Shown in pieces: positions 24,386 to 37,665 of a stretch of DNA of 64,000 nt. Each line of letters begins with the position of its first letter. Position 1 is the stretch's first letter. The position numbers and the translations under genes are program-made. The notes beneath the pieces were generated by a model. It saw only the letters and a list, made by a program, of their open reading frames with translations, ran no database searches and was not told the origin of the DNA. Source of the DNA: Hydrurus foetidus (taxonomy: Eukaryota); contig UYFQ01000160.1 in assembly GCA_900617105.1 (NCBI GenBank), positions 1 through 64,000 on the forward strand. Reading direction: 5' to 3'.

Positions 24386-27300
24386 TAGTTTGACATTTTG
24401 TCACTGTGCTTTACTTTTATTATTCTCAATGATTTATCAACAATCTCATTTGTTAACTTTTCAAATACTTGTTTTGTTACTCTTTTGTTCCAATATCTGA
24501 ATTATTATCAGATGATGCTATTTTGACTAGCACACACGTTCCATCGGCATATTTTTCTTTCAGGAAATTCTCAGTTATTTCTAAGTGACGTAGTCCTCTT
24601 GTCATATGTGTAATTATTGATGCATCTACACATGCCTTATTGTCTTCTTCAATTCTCGTGGGTGCCTGTAACCAACCCATTTGGCTCAGCATTCCACGGT
24701 TTGCTATCACCTCAGCCTTAAGAGTGTGATTAACCGCTTTTATTTCAGATTCTGCTGTTGACGTTGATATGCTGCCCTGATCTGTTGAGCACCAGCATAT
24801 TAATGATGGACCTAAATATCCGAGATATGATGTCTGCGAATGTAGGTTATCAAGATTGCCTGCTAAGTCAGCATCGCATTGAAATCTTAACTGAAGAAAC
24901 TCAGTCATTGTATCAATGTCTTTGGGACCATCATGAGTCTTAAACTTTAATCTATCTGATTTTGACATTTTAACATATCTTAATAAATGTTTAGCAAATT
25001 CTATATGTCGTGGTCCAGGATTGTTACCGTATCGGGACAATACATTTAGTGCGTACATTATTGACACTAATGTATGTACCATACCATACATTAATTGACC
25101 GACAACTCTACGATATGGAAATTTGCTACACTCAGATAATTGTGCAGGAGATGCATTGTCTAATTTGGATAGACTAGTTTTGTCTAGCGGATATGGTAAT
25201 GATTCATCTTTCGCGTTTTTCATTCCAATACCGTCTATAATTTCTTCAACCATTCTTGTTTGATCCATAAAATAATTAAAGTTCTCATCACATGTGATAC
25301 GGATTCCAACAAATTCTTTATCTGAACAGTCTGTTACTTTATATTTGTGTTTATTAAAATTCTTTAGTAGGGCATCCCACTCATTTAAATCTTTCTTATC
25401 TCCAAACCAGCGAAAGTCATCGCTATGTACTATTAGAATTATTATTCTTTCTTCTTTCCATTTGTGAAATAGTTTGGGATCCCATGGAGTATTCTTGTAT
25501 CCACATTCTTTGACACACATGTCTAACTTAATACTGAAATTTCTTCCTGAATTGGGATTCCCGTATACATTTCCTAATGATTGGATGCACATTCCTTCAG
25601 GAATACTGTATCCTTCGGGAGTCTTAATGAATATTGGATATGCTTCATTTGCTCTTGTAACTAAATATGCACCTTCCAAATCTCCACCCCGCATTGTGCA
25701 TTTATAAGCAGCAGCAATAGCTACGGCTATTTTGATTGATGTTGCTGATACATTGCCACAATACACATCATTTGGATGGTAGTGGACGTATGGCTTCATT
25801 AAATCACCCCGTGCTACAAGGCGCGCTTTCAGTGTGCCATCAGTTTTGATGTTGAATAGCCACATCATTGAGACGAGTTGTTGTCCATTATATGGAACAA
25901 CTGTGAAACAATCATTTTGTCAAATTTTTCACATTCCTTGTCTATTGCAGCTTTCCAAGCTGGTATATGTACTGCTTGTTTAAAGCATTTGGGTACACGA
26001 GGATCTATTGGTACACCTAATTTTGAGTAGTGTTGTGTTTCACACATACTTAGAGCGTATTCTTCATTTCTTACATTCATATTATACCAATATACAGGAT
26101 CATTATTTTCATCTGTGTATGGCATATTGACTATATTAATATTATTCTCATTTGTGTCTTCAAAAGGAATAGGTTCATTTCTATTTTGTTCTGCTAAGAC
26201 ATCTGCTCTTTCTGGGAAATCAGGTTCGAATGTTTCTCCAGCTGGTTCAACATATGGTTGAGCCAATTCTCCCTGGAGTTCATCGGGTGCTGCTTTTCGA
26301 TGTAAGAACGGTACATAATGATCTGTGTATACGAATTCACGATCGTACGGTTCTTCATCATTTGTGTATATACTAAAGTCTATTGTTGGGTCAAATATTA
26401 CATCTTTACTTTCACGGATTCGTCCATATTTACCATTTTCATATGGAATTACGAAGTAGTTAGGAAAAAGAAGGAATGTATTTGAGTATCCACAAAACTT
26501 AGCTTTATACGCTCTTCTTGCACCTAATTTGACACGTTCAGCTAGAGGTATGAATACATAGCATGACGACCAAAAAGGTTGTAAATATTTTATATTAATT
26601 GGTTGTCCCGTTATTTTCATATATGGGGATGTTCCTATTACTTTTGAGAAATTATATGATGCTGTGTCGCAAGCATATGTCATTGCCAAATCCCAATATA
26701 TTTGAGGGACTGGATTGTCTGGGCTAAGCATTGCAACATTTGTTTTTGCTACAATTACTCCTACAGCTCTTTCAGCTACACCACCAGCATGTTTGTCTCT
26801 TGATGGTGTGCGTTCAAGTTGATATCCTTTTGAACTAACAAATGCTGAGAATTCATTTGATCTATAATTTCTTTCTGGGTCAAGTCGAATGAACCGACGA
26901 GTATCGGTATCATGGACATATTGCCATTCAGGGTGTTGATTAAATAATTTTAAACTCTGAGCACATAATTCATGAGCTGACCTATCTTTAGTATAAACCG
27001 GATAACAACGACGCGTTGCTAAATCCGTATAAATATCACAATGCTTATATCCTCTTGCGGAATAGCAATTGTGCTGGTATGCATCCAGAGAGAAACATTG
27101 TCCTGGTTTAACAGGAAGATCTCTATGTTCTCTTCTGTGATCAGTCCCAGTTTGATGCATGGTGCCATATACGCAACCTTTGCAAGGACCGCGTTGTTTA
27201 TTTGCATCTTCTTCAGTAAATTTTGCATTGGTAGAATTTTTAAATGCCATAACATTCCGATATTTCCGGGATGTCCGGTAACCATGTGTACATGGTCATA

Positions 27301-27448
27301 TAATGACACGGGTTTAAATTGTGTCAAATATAATGTTGCTGATTTATTATTTTTAAAGATTGTTTCTTTACAAACAGGAAAAGGTGCTTTTTTAACTATA
27401 TCTTCGTTCGTGACAACTTTACTGATAGATTTTTCTTCTTATTGATTC
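24386..27448 (-). CDS. pol: Copia-2 integrase copy 3, RT and RNase H
   Basis: LKARLVARG, GDLEGAYL, IVHSDD, CDADLAG, STAESE, EDNKAC, NNSDIGTK; the frame breaks fall in homopolymers. Confidence 0.92.
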
Positions 27449-29645
27449 CACGATCGTACGGTTCTTCATCATTTGTGTATATACTAAAGTCTATTGTTGG
27501 GTCAAATATTACATCTTTACTTTCACGGATTCGTCCATATTTACCATTTTCATATGGAATTACGAAGTAGTTAGGAAAAAGAAGGAATGTATTTGAGTAG
27601 CCACAAAACTTAGCTTTATACGCTCTTCTTGCACCTAATTTGACACGTTCAGCTGAGGTATGAATACATAGCATGACGACCAAAAAGGTTGTAAATATTT
27701 TATATTAATTGGTTGTCCCGTTATTTTCATATATGGGGATGTTCCTATTACTTTTGAGAAATTATACGATGCTGTGTCGCAAGCATATGTCATTGCCAAA
27801 TCCCAATATATTTGAGGGACTGGATTGTCTGGGCTAAGCATTGCGACATTTGTTTTTGCTACAATTACTCCTACAGCTCTTTCAGCTACACCACCAGCAT
27901 GTTTGTCTCTTGATGGTGTGCGTTCAAGTTGATATCCTTTTGAACTAACAAATGCTGAGAATTCATCAAGTCGAATGAACCGCCGAGTATCGGTATCATG
28001 GACATATTGCCACTCAGGGTGTTGATTAAATAATTTTAAACTCTGAGCACATAATTCATGAGCTGACCTATCCTTAGTATAAACCGGATGACAACGACGC
28101 GTTGCTAAATCCATATAAATATCACAATGCTTGTATCCTCTTGCGGAATAGCAATTGTGCTGGTATGCATCCAGAGATAAATAGTGTCCTGGTTTAACAG
28201 GAAGATCTCTATGTTCTCTTCTGTGATCAGTTCCAGTTTGATGCATGGTGCCATAAACGCAACCTTTGCAAGGACCTCGTTGTTTATTTGCATCTTCTTC
28301 AGTAAATTTTGCATTGGTAGAATTTTTTAGATGCCATAACATTCCGATATTTCCGGGATGTCCGGTAACCATGTGTACATGATCATATAATGACACGGGT
28401 TTAAATTGTGTCAAATATAATGTTGCTGATTTATTATTTTTAAAGATTGTTTCTTTACAAACAGGAAAAGGTGCTTTTTTAACTATATCTTCGTTCGTGA
28501 CAACTTTACTGATAGATTTTTCTTCTTATTGATTCCACGATCGTACGGTTCTTCATCATTTGTGTATATACTAAAGTCTATTGTTGGGTCAAATATTACA
28601 TCTTTACTTTCACGGATTCGTCCATATTTACCATTTTCATATGGAATTACGAAGTAGTTAGGAAAAAGAAGGAATGTATTTGAGTAGCCACAAAACTTAG
28701 CTTTATACGCTCTTCTTGCACCTAATTTGACACGTTCAGCTAGAGGTATGAATACATAGCATGACGACCAAAAAGGTTGTAAATATTTTATATTAATTGG
28801 TTGTCCCGTTATTTTCATATATGGGGATGTTCCTATTACTTTTGAGAAATTATACGATGCTGTGTCGCAAGCATATGTCATTGCCAAATCCCAATATATT
28901 TGAGGGACTGGATTGTCTGGGCTAAGCATTGCAACATTTGTTTTTGCTACAATTACTCCTACAGCTCTTTCAGCTACACCACCAGCATGTTTGTCTCTTG
29001 ATGGTGTGCGTTCAAGTTGATATCCTTTTGAACTAACAAATGCTGAGAATTCATTTGATCTATAATTTCTTTCGGGGTCCAGTCGAATGAAGCGCCGAGT
29101 ATCGGTATCATGTACATATTGCCACTCAGGGTGTTGATTAAATAATTTTAAACTCTGAGCACATAATTCATGAGCTGACCTATCCTTAGTGTATACCGGA
29201 TAACAACGACGCGTTGCTAAATCCGTATAAATATCACAATGCTTATATCCTCTTGCGGAATAGCAATTGTGCTGGTATGCATCCAGAGAGAAACATTGTC
29301 CTGGTTTAACAGGAAGATCTCTATGTTCTCTTCTGTGATCAGTTCCAGTTTGATGCATGGTGCCATAAACGCAACCTTTGCAAGGACCTCGTTGTTTATT
29401 TGCATCTTCTTCAGTAAATTTTGCATTGGTAGAATTTTTTAAATGCCATAACATTCCAATATTTCCGGGATGTCCGGTAACCATGTGTACATGGTCATAT
29501 AATGACACGGGTTTAAATTGTGTCAAATATAATGTTGGTGATATATTTGTTTTTATTATTGGTTCTTTATCAACAGGAGAAAGTGTTTTGTGAGCTATCT
29601 CCTCCTTACTGACAACTTTACTTATAAATTTTTCTTCATTTTGAT
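26338..29645 (-). repeat. Three tandem copies (about 1.1 kb each) of the integrase coding region
   Basis: Copies at about 28536-29645, 27449-28535 and 26338-27448 give near-identical translations; copy 2 lacks PERNYRSN. Confidence 0.95.
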
Positions 29646-32600
29646 TATATACATATACACCATTTGATATGTATCCACGAATAATCTCCACTCCTAATTT
29701 ATCTATTAATGCTAATGCTTCTCTAATAGATTCGATTGAAAAGCATCTCATTCCTTCTGATGTAAATATCACAACATTTTGTGCTCCAGATATTCCGCCA
29801 TTACATAGTTGGGAGATTGAAATTAGTGTTTCTTTCATCCCTTCCATAAGTATAATATCGAGACCTAATGGTCCATAAAGTCCTGTCGCTTTTGATTCTA
29901 TGGCGGGACCGAAAGCTGGAGTTGCTTTGATACCCTGACCATATATTATGTGACGAAGTAGTGTAGGATCAGAAGTGGCACATGTTGATGCACCAGAGTC
30001 GAATATTATTTGCCCTTGCATTTTCATTGATTTAATATTATGATTTATTCTTAGAGATTTCAATTGACTTTCTATTGGTTGAATATCAGGACTTTCATTT
30101 ATTTCATTTGATTCGTTCATATTGTCATTATCTTCAGATTCATTTAGTTTTAATCTTTTTGAATTATGTTCTTTTATTAAACTTTCAAATTTATTTTTAT
30201 ATCTGAGTTGTCTTTCTTCCAAGTTTTCATTTTCATTTTCATTTTCATCATCATCATCACTAATATCTTTTTCAAATTCTGTTATTGCATCTTTATATAC
30301 TGCAGCTTCTTCAGGTTCATTTATATTACTATCTAATTCTGGTTCTGGTTCTGGTTGATTCACATCATATCCTTTTAAGTTTCTGTATTTTCCAAGCTTC
30401 TCATAATCTACAATTCGTACACCTCCAACATATTCAATGTATTTAGGTGTATCAATACTAAATGGAGGTGATTTAATAGATTCCATTGATATTGGACTAT
30501 CAGGAATATCAACTCTATCATATGACATATCACTTGATTCATTATCACTTTGATCTGATGTATGTATATACATTGGAGACAATTCTTCAGTTGTTCTTGT
30601 TACTACATCTACATCAAAAATCGGTGATTGAGCTCTGTCATATAGGACTGTTATCATTGGTTTTTTGACGACGTCTTTTGACGATTGATGTGAGTGTATT
30701 AATTCATCTAGTTCATTTGTTAATGGTGATGACAATGTTCTTTTCACCAAGTCATTAATTGGTCTTACTAGTCTTGCTATTACTAAGAATGCATCTCTAA
30801 TTCCAAACATAACAAACGATGGATCATTTTCTTTAAGTATATCCATTTTTAGTGATCTTCTTAATAAGTCTTCTTTATCCAGATTTGAATTCTCGTGATA
30901 ATATCCAACATGTTGTCCCGCAAATGCTACAAAGTCGAATATTATTGCGTGCAAAACTGTATCAATGAATAATGTGTTATTAATTACTTCATTAAATTGT
31001 GTATATTGATCAAGACGTTTTATTACTTCCGCATATTCACTAACACAAGTCATTTGAGACCAATAGTGTCCTGGTCTCGTTGAGGGAATGTATTTTTCCG
31101 TCACCCCGTCAATACAGTATGGATTGAATTTCATAAAGTGATGAGGTCCGGCTTTTTCATCAGCAGGAGGTAGAACTATACATGCTTGTAATAATGTGGC
31201 TCCGATCTGATACATGAGGTGCATCCATTTAACTGTTGGAGTTCTTATATCCTTTCTACGTGTAGTAGATGGATTTTTATGCCACCCAAAGAGATCAGTA
31301 TATTGATTTGCTCTTTCTTGATTATCTTTAATTGTTCTTTTGTTTTTGAATAAGAAAATGTACGGAACTATTGTTGTTGCAGGATCATTTCTATTATATT
31401 CCATGACGTATAAATGAAACAAATAGTATTGTTCAGCTAACAATATTGCGGCATTTATTGCCCTTTGGGGAATAGAACATGCAGAATAATTATTTTGTAC
31501 ATTCTGGAGTAGAGATCTTTGATGACTTTTCATTTCATTTTGATTCATTTTTCCATTGTAAATTTTATTTTTATATTCTTGATTCTGCCTATCAGTTTTT
31601 ATTATTCTTTGATCATTTGGTGTTATTCGCACTCGCATTAATGTATTGTGTTTTTCTTCATTGGACTGATAAGGTGGTGCAGAAGGGTTACCCCAACTTG
31701 AGAATGCACGCACCTGATGTTCAGTTTCAGTATCTTGAGATCTCATCCAATTTAATCTTTTAATTTGCGCTTTTGAATATCCACCCCGTACACTGGGATC
31801 ACCAACCTTCGGTCCTACTGAGTCAATTTGTGCCTGACTTAAATCAAATTGTACTGACTTTTTGTAAGGAATTGTATTTGGTTGGGGTTGTTGGATTTTA
31901 TTTTCATTGTCTGGATTCATTTCATGCTTGTATTTGCATGTTGGTCTGTTACAAGTTCCTTTTTGAAATCCAAAACAATAACCACCATTCTTAACCGGTC
32001 TTTTGCTTTCTCCAGTATTGTCAGGTAAAGATCTAGCATCTTGAATTTTATTCTTGTTATTAATATCATAATTATAAGCTGGATTATATTGTTGTTGTTT
32101 ACCCGGATTTTGCGGCGGATTTGACAAGGATTGATATTGATTTAATTTTGCTTGAGACTGATTTTGAATTGTATTTTGATATAGAGAATATTCAGAGCTA
32201 CTTGACGTTTCAGGAAAAGATGTTACACTCGCCATGCGAATGACCGCTGTTTCAGGCGGCATTGCATCTGCGACTCTCAACATAATTCCCATCGACTCAT
32301 TATAACTTGTGTTATTCACGACACATGCAGCAAATGATGAAGCGATCTTAGGTCTTGGGTCAGAATCTAACCGATCTGATACCCAAGCCATTTTCTCGAC
32401 GTCAGTCATCATTCTACTCTGTGCGTGTTCTAGATTAGAGAATAATTGTTCCCATTTTGAATATTCTAATCTAAAATGAACACTTGGATTTATTTGGTAC
32501 GTGTCTAACGCTCTTCTTGCGAATTTCACGTCCTGTTGCTTTTGACCGAAGATGTAATTGATCATTTCTCGATAAGATGCAATTCCGTTTCGTAATTTTT

Positions 32601-33615
32601 GATGTATTATTGATATATTATGATGCAAAGTTTTTGAAAACATAATGTAAACTAGAGAAAATAGTCTATCATTATCATGAATATAATGGAATGCATCATC
32701 TTCTTCGAGAACTACTCTTTCGATAATTGGCTCCGATGATAGTGAGTCAATTGATTTCTCATCTTCATATTCAACTCTAGGAACTAATATAATTTTTCTA
32801 TTTGAGAACCCATGAATATTTTCGTCTGTCATTATTGGCTCGGTACGATGACCTTCAATAAGGGTAAGTAGCCCCGTTGTTGATAGTACCGAATGTATCA
32901 TTCGCAGACGGTGAAATTTGTCTGGCGTATTTATGTCAATGATATATTTTGAGATTTCTGATATTAGCACTGTTGAATTTCGTTGGTAATGTATTCGTTT
33001 GACCATCTTTTCACATGGTTTCTTCTTTGAATATTCATTATTTTGTTCTTCGTCACTACTGCTACTATCCTTATCCCAAAATTCTGATTGCTTCGGCGTT
33101 GATCCGATTTTGTTATTGTTGTTATTATTAGAGTCCTTTCGACCCTTCATTGTCGTTATTGAGGACTCGCTCGAAAAATTTTTGCGAGGGTTTCCCCCGT
33201 TATTCAATCTACTAGAAATTTTGCTACTGCTAAAAGATGATTCATCATCGGACGGCACAGGACTAGACGGACTTGACGGACGGAGGTTTGTAAGAATCGC
33301 TCTAGTCTCAGTGTTCCTAGACGAGGGTTGATCGCCTAGCGGCAGATCCACCCTTGGCGCGATGTCGATTAACCCTAGCGGGTTATCTATAATCGGGCTC
33401 TCATCTTTTAACAACTGGAGTTGAGAGATTCTTCTATCTAAAGCTGCCCGGAATTGAGGGCTTTCCTCATCGATTACAACACCGATGGGAGGCTCCTCAA
33501 TTCCTAATGCAGGAGTCAGATGAAGAATAGGTATTATAGGTTAAGGATTGGGCTGCGGTGGCTCTTCGTCTTCATCTGACGAGAATGGCCCCGGGCCTTT
33601 CCTTCCTTTTGCCAT
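28483..33615 (-). CDS. gag-pol: Copia-2 Gag-CCCH-unknown domain-protease-integrase (copy 1)
   Basis: 1643-aa ORF; in-frame ATG at 33615 with one TAA near 33542. Motifs: CFGFQKGTCNRPTCKYKH, IFDSGAS, HMVTGH...CKGC, and SLD/RLD/GVAER. Confidence 0.92.
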
Positions 33616-33670
33616 CTTTAACTTGGACGAAGGCTCTAGAAAACTATCAGCGAAGTCTTAAGGACTTCAA

Positions 33671-33679
33671 TCGCTACCA
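33671..33679 (-). promoter_or_regulatory. Primer-binding site, tRNA-iMet type
   Basis: TGGTAGCGA immediately after the 5' LTR; complementary to a ...GCUACCA tRNA end, as in initiator Met tRNA. Confidence 0.8.
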
Positions 33680-34182
33680 TGTGAGTTGCCACGGGTTGGC
33701 ACGAAGTCGGGAGGACATATCGTGGATGCCCAAATGAAGATGGGAAGGTTTGGTTAGTAAATTAGAAACTGGCACGGAGGCCACAAAGCATAAAATCATG
33801 TTGCACATCATTTCTACCTGCCGTACAATAATAAGATCTCAATCGTCATGCGCATGCAATTTGACTGGCTCTCGTAGATTTACATCTACGTTGTTGTATA
33901 GGCGAGATAGTATCTACTCAACTGTAAATATGACGTTTGTACTAAAAGCTAGACTTTTGGTACCAAGTACCGGATAAATACTATACAGCTGTGGTTATTA
34001 TGGTGTAACAATGGCAATATACGTGATACGAATTGGCATTGAGGAAGCGACTTGGTGCACATTGCACACCAATAACAATCTACAAAATGTGTTTACTTAT
34101 GATATCCTATCATGCTAATTGTTGATTATACAAATGGTAATATACAGCTATAACTAGCACTTATCGCTGTCATATACCGACA
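33680..34182 (-). repeat. Copia-2 5' LTR (503 bp)
   Basis: Near-identical to 23619-24134. Confidence 0.96.
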
Positions 34183-34718
34183 CTCTATCCTTTTCGACAA
34201 CTTCTTGTTTGCACCGAGAACGCGTTTTTCATGATATCGACTGTCAAATTAGCAGCGATACCAGCAGAATGTTTGTCCAAGTCCAACACGAGTCGTTCAT
34301 GATAGTAACCAAGGATTAGGTTCTCAAGTTCTTCTCTTGATGTACGGGATTTCCCGTTTGCCTTGATGCCTGCAACCGTCATCGATATCCGTCTCAAGAG
34401 GTTGAACTTTTCCACATCGGTAAACCTCTTTTTTGCGAGCAGATTTCTGCCGTACTCATGAACTTGATCTACAGGTGATGTGTCCCACATACTCAGCTTG
34501 ACAGAGAGTGATCCGTTTGATGGTTTATTGATGAAGTTCTAGGTGTGCTGTGTAACTATGTGCAAAGTAGTTCGAGAAGTAATGGTACTCTTCGTCATGT
34601 TATCGAAAGTGCCACAACAGTCGAAAACACAAAAGTTGATGAAGTATGCACCGAGGCGTACTTTTCAAAAATGGTATACTTTTCGGTGGTGTAAACTCGT
34701 TCACCATAAGAACTGGCC

Positions 34719-34803
34719 TCATAGAAGTTATCCTTGCCTCTAGCTTAGCTGTAACTAACTACCGACTTCACCTCTATCGACCTACCCTCCTATCCGGACT
34801 ACA
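34719..34803 (+). repeat. Right part of the Gypsy-3 3' LTR, split off by Harbinger-1
   Basis: TAGAAGTTA...CTGTAACTAACTAC matches the Gypsy-2 LTR; ends GACTACA; joins 20851 through the TCA TSD. Confidence 0.85.
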
Positions 34804-37665
34804 TGGCCTCCAAATTGATCCATCTTGTCTGTGGCCTCCAACCACCAGTCTTCTCTCCGCTTTTGAGCTTCTTTGGTGTCAAGAACATGTTTGATGGTAT
34901 TTTTGATCTAGCTTTGTAACACGGATATTGGAATTCAAACACTTCTTTGTTGGAGTTCAAAGCAGCTGTGCCGATTACGCCGCCGTGATCGCTCGCGATG
35001 GGGAATGCAGTGGGGGATGAGTAATACTGGGCAGATTCGCTTGTACGTCATTCGTGGGATCAGCAGTTTGGTTCGATTCTACTGCCGTATGGTCAACTGT
35101 CTCGCCTTCCTCTTCTGCCGGGCCCAACGGAGAAGACTCGTGAATAACGAGTGAATCAGCGGGGATAAAACCGATATCATAAGATTCAGTATTATCGTAT
35201 ATCTCATTATCTACCCCTCGAGTCAGATCGAGAGGGTATGGGGTGTTGGGATTTTCAATCGGGGGTTCTGATGTGAGAATTGTTTGGTCGTCTGGGTGCT
35301 GAGAGAGTTGCTTGAGGCGATGGATGGCATCGGTGGTGATAGTTGCGGGACGAAAAGTGTCCACTGGTAACTGAGATTTAGACACCGGTGGGTCCCTTTC
35401 ACGTTTCTTGGGGTACTAAGCCACCGGCAGTAATCTGATCTGGGTGTCGCCGAAAGACTTTGAACGGTCAGCATTTTTTTGAGGAATCCTGCTTTTCCAA
35501 ATGGAAACGGAGCATCGATGTTGTAATCTAGGACGCGTCTATGGAATGCTGTGTAAGCTGGAAAGTGACAAAGCGAGTTAATCTTCGGGACCACATTTGA
35601 GATGTGAACGACAAATGCTATTAGTGATGCTGCCAGCTTAGAGGGCGGAAACGGTAGACTATGGAGCGTGGAACGGGCCTTAGTCTGGTCGCTGCTTCGG
35701 CATGAGGCGCATAAGTACCGTGACCAAGCGAGTTCACCGCGGCGCCAAATTGTTCTAAGTCCTTCCGGACTATTTTCAGGGACCCTTCGCCGTCCAATGT
35801 CACCAGGGTGACTCCAAAGCCCTTTGAGAGACACTGCTGAACATTTTACAATAAGGCTTGACCGGTAGAACACTAGTGTTACAACCTTGCCTGGCAAGAG
35901 CCGCGAGTACAACTCCCTGTGTGGGTCTCTTATCGGTGACCCAAGAGGACACTCTCGTTGAGGCGAGTATAAGTGGGGGTAGTGTGACGTTGCACTTCAG
36001 GCTCTATAGGCTGGATGCTCTACCTGACTACAACTGCTGAGCATGTTGCAATAAGACTTGATCTACCTTGGCACTGGGGCCGTCAATTTGCCTTGTTGCA
36101 CTGCCGGCACCCAAATGAGATATCATGATGAGCCCAAGCATATCGGATATGCTCAGTAGGAAGACCTGACCGAGGAAAAAGAAGAGATCAGCTTGGAGTT
36201 CCTGGTCGACAGATTCATGAGGGGGATCTTGTCCGATTCGCGGGACTTAGACGAAGATTGTGTTCCTTGTCCTAGTTGGTACGCTGCAGGTGTTCCGTAG
36301 ATGTCCTGTGCTACCACGAGATCAGCTCTAGAGAAGGTAATGTTTTTCATGCTTCCTCTTTGAATTATCTCTGCAGCAGCCTTGTAACTAATGTACCCTG
36401 TGCGCTGCATAAACTCGTAGGCATTCCGAGCACTTGTAAGCTGCCTTGTGGAATGCTGCACAGAATTTGAACCGACGTTGATGACGTAAGCGTGGGCCAC
36501 TGTGTCGATGTCAGTGATATAGTGCCCATTTAAGCAGATGAAGGTAAGAGTGGGTCCTTCTGTAGGTACAGCTGTGAACATGTGGGTCTCCTCGTCATAT
36601 TAAATTGTGTATGTCTCTTTCAGTTTATGGTAATTGATTATGTTTGCGGTTATGTCTGAGCTGTCATAACCGTGAAGACCGATTTCCTGTATAGTTCCTT
36701 CCATTTTGACTCTGACTCTATCGACCATGATTCCTTGCACTGTCACAGGTGAGGGTGACGACTGTATGTCTGAGACGATGCTTGGGTCATGGAAGATGTG
36801 TATACTGGCTCGGGTATCAAGAAGAATGACGGCATCCCTCTCTTGAGCTTTGGACAGAAAGATGGGATTGATGGGGTCCATGTGATCACAGTACTTGTCG
36901 TCTTCTTGATATGGTTGAAGTCTTTCACAGCGGTGAAGTGTATGATGTGATCATCATCTGTGGCGCCAGCGAAGAAGACCTTCTTTGTGGGACAAGATGT
37001 TGACCTGTGCCCCTTCTTGTTGCACGTCCAGCAGACGATGTCTGCGAGGTGTGTGGACTTTTCTTGTGCCATCCCAGTGTCTTCTGGCTCCTCTTGGGCC
37101 TTGCTGTCGCTTGGTGGTCGATAATGGGACAGCCTTCGCGTTTACCACGGCCACCGCGGCCAGTCCTTCCTCTGCCGCGAGCTGAGTCGTCGGTCACGTT
37201 ATCGACACGGCTGAGATACACAATTTCGAGATGATTTCCCGTGCCTCGGAAACGAAGTATTTGGGCGTCTTTGACCCCTTTCCAAAGTGTGGAGCTGGCT
37301 GTGGACAACTCGGCGATTCCGCGGCGTTCGTCATCGAAGTAGTCTCGGACGACTTGTGCGTATCTGGACATGTCCAAGCGGTTCAGGATTCCTATAACTG
37401 GTTCTTCCTCCGGAATTTCAGCTAGACCAACCGCCTGCCTTTCAAGCTGGTAATCTTCAACTCGCTTGCGAAACGGGATGCTGATTTCATTTTGGAACAT
37501 GCGAAGATTGGACCATGCTATTGCTACTCTCTCTCGGTCTTGTCCTGGGTTACCGCACTGTCTGGCGATGTGCGCGGCTGTGATTCTTTGAATCAAGAAT
37601 AGAAGGTCTCGTTCTAAATACGCTGTTACCCTGTCTTCGTCATCTTGTACTTCGCACCTCGAGAA
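34804..37665 (-). mobile_element. Degraded Ty1/Copia Copia-B (relative of Copia-A), cut at the start of RT by Gypsy-3
   Basis: gag highly similar to Copia-A (HIARQCGNPGQDRERV); knuckle CWTCNKKGHRSTSC; protease LLDTRAS; integrase DGEG; RT start RLVVGGHRQD next to the Gypsy-3 LTR end. Confidence 0.9.

Larger units (their letters stand above)
23619..34182 (-). mobile_element. Ty1/Copia retrotransposon Copia-2, full length, with triplicated integrase
   Basis: LTRs 33680-34182 and 23619-24134 (TG...CA; by eye one SNP and one 13-bp indel). TSD CTCTT/CTCTA; PBS; short G-rich PPT at 24135-24141; PR-IN-RT-RH order. Confidence 0.97.
22532..34490 (-). pseudogene. Harbinger-1 accessory (Myb/SANT-position) ORF, split by Copia-2 into 34183-34490 and 22532-23618
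   Basis: Convergent to the transposase. N-part KRFTDVEKFNLL...GYY; C-part has IWVNLLNKDGSIPSG, resembling LWVEFLIDGQMPSG in the Harbinger-2 ORF2. Confidence 0.65.
20852..34718 (+). mobile_element. PIF/Harbinger DNA transposon Harbinger-1 (contains Copia-2)
   Basis: TIRs GGCGAGTTCTTATGG / GGCCAGTTCTTATGG (rc); 3-bp TSD TCA at 20849-20851 and 34719-34721; transposase plus convergent second ORF. Confidence 0.92.

Noticed and set aside
34714..34810. 83-bp LTR fragment flanked by TGGCCTC repeats, suggesting captured strong-stop cDNA
   Set aside because: The left copy is the Harbinger-1 TIR plus its TCA TSD; the fragment is the right half of the Gypsy-3 LTR split by that element.
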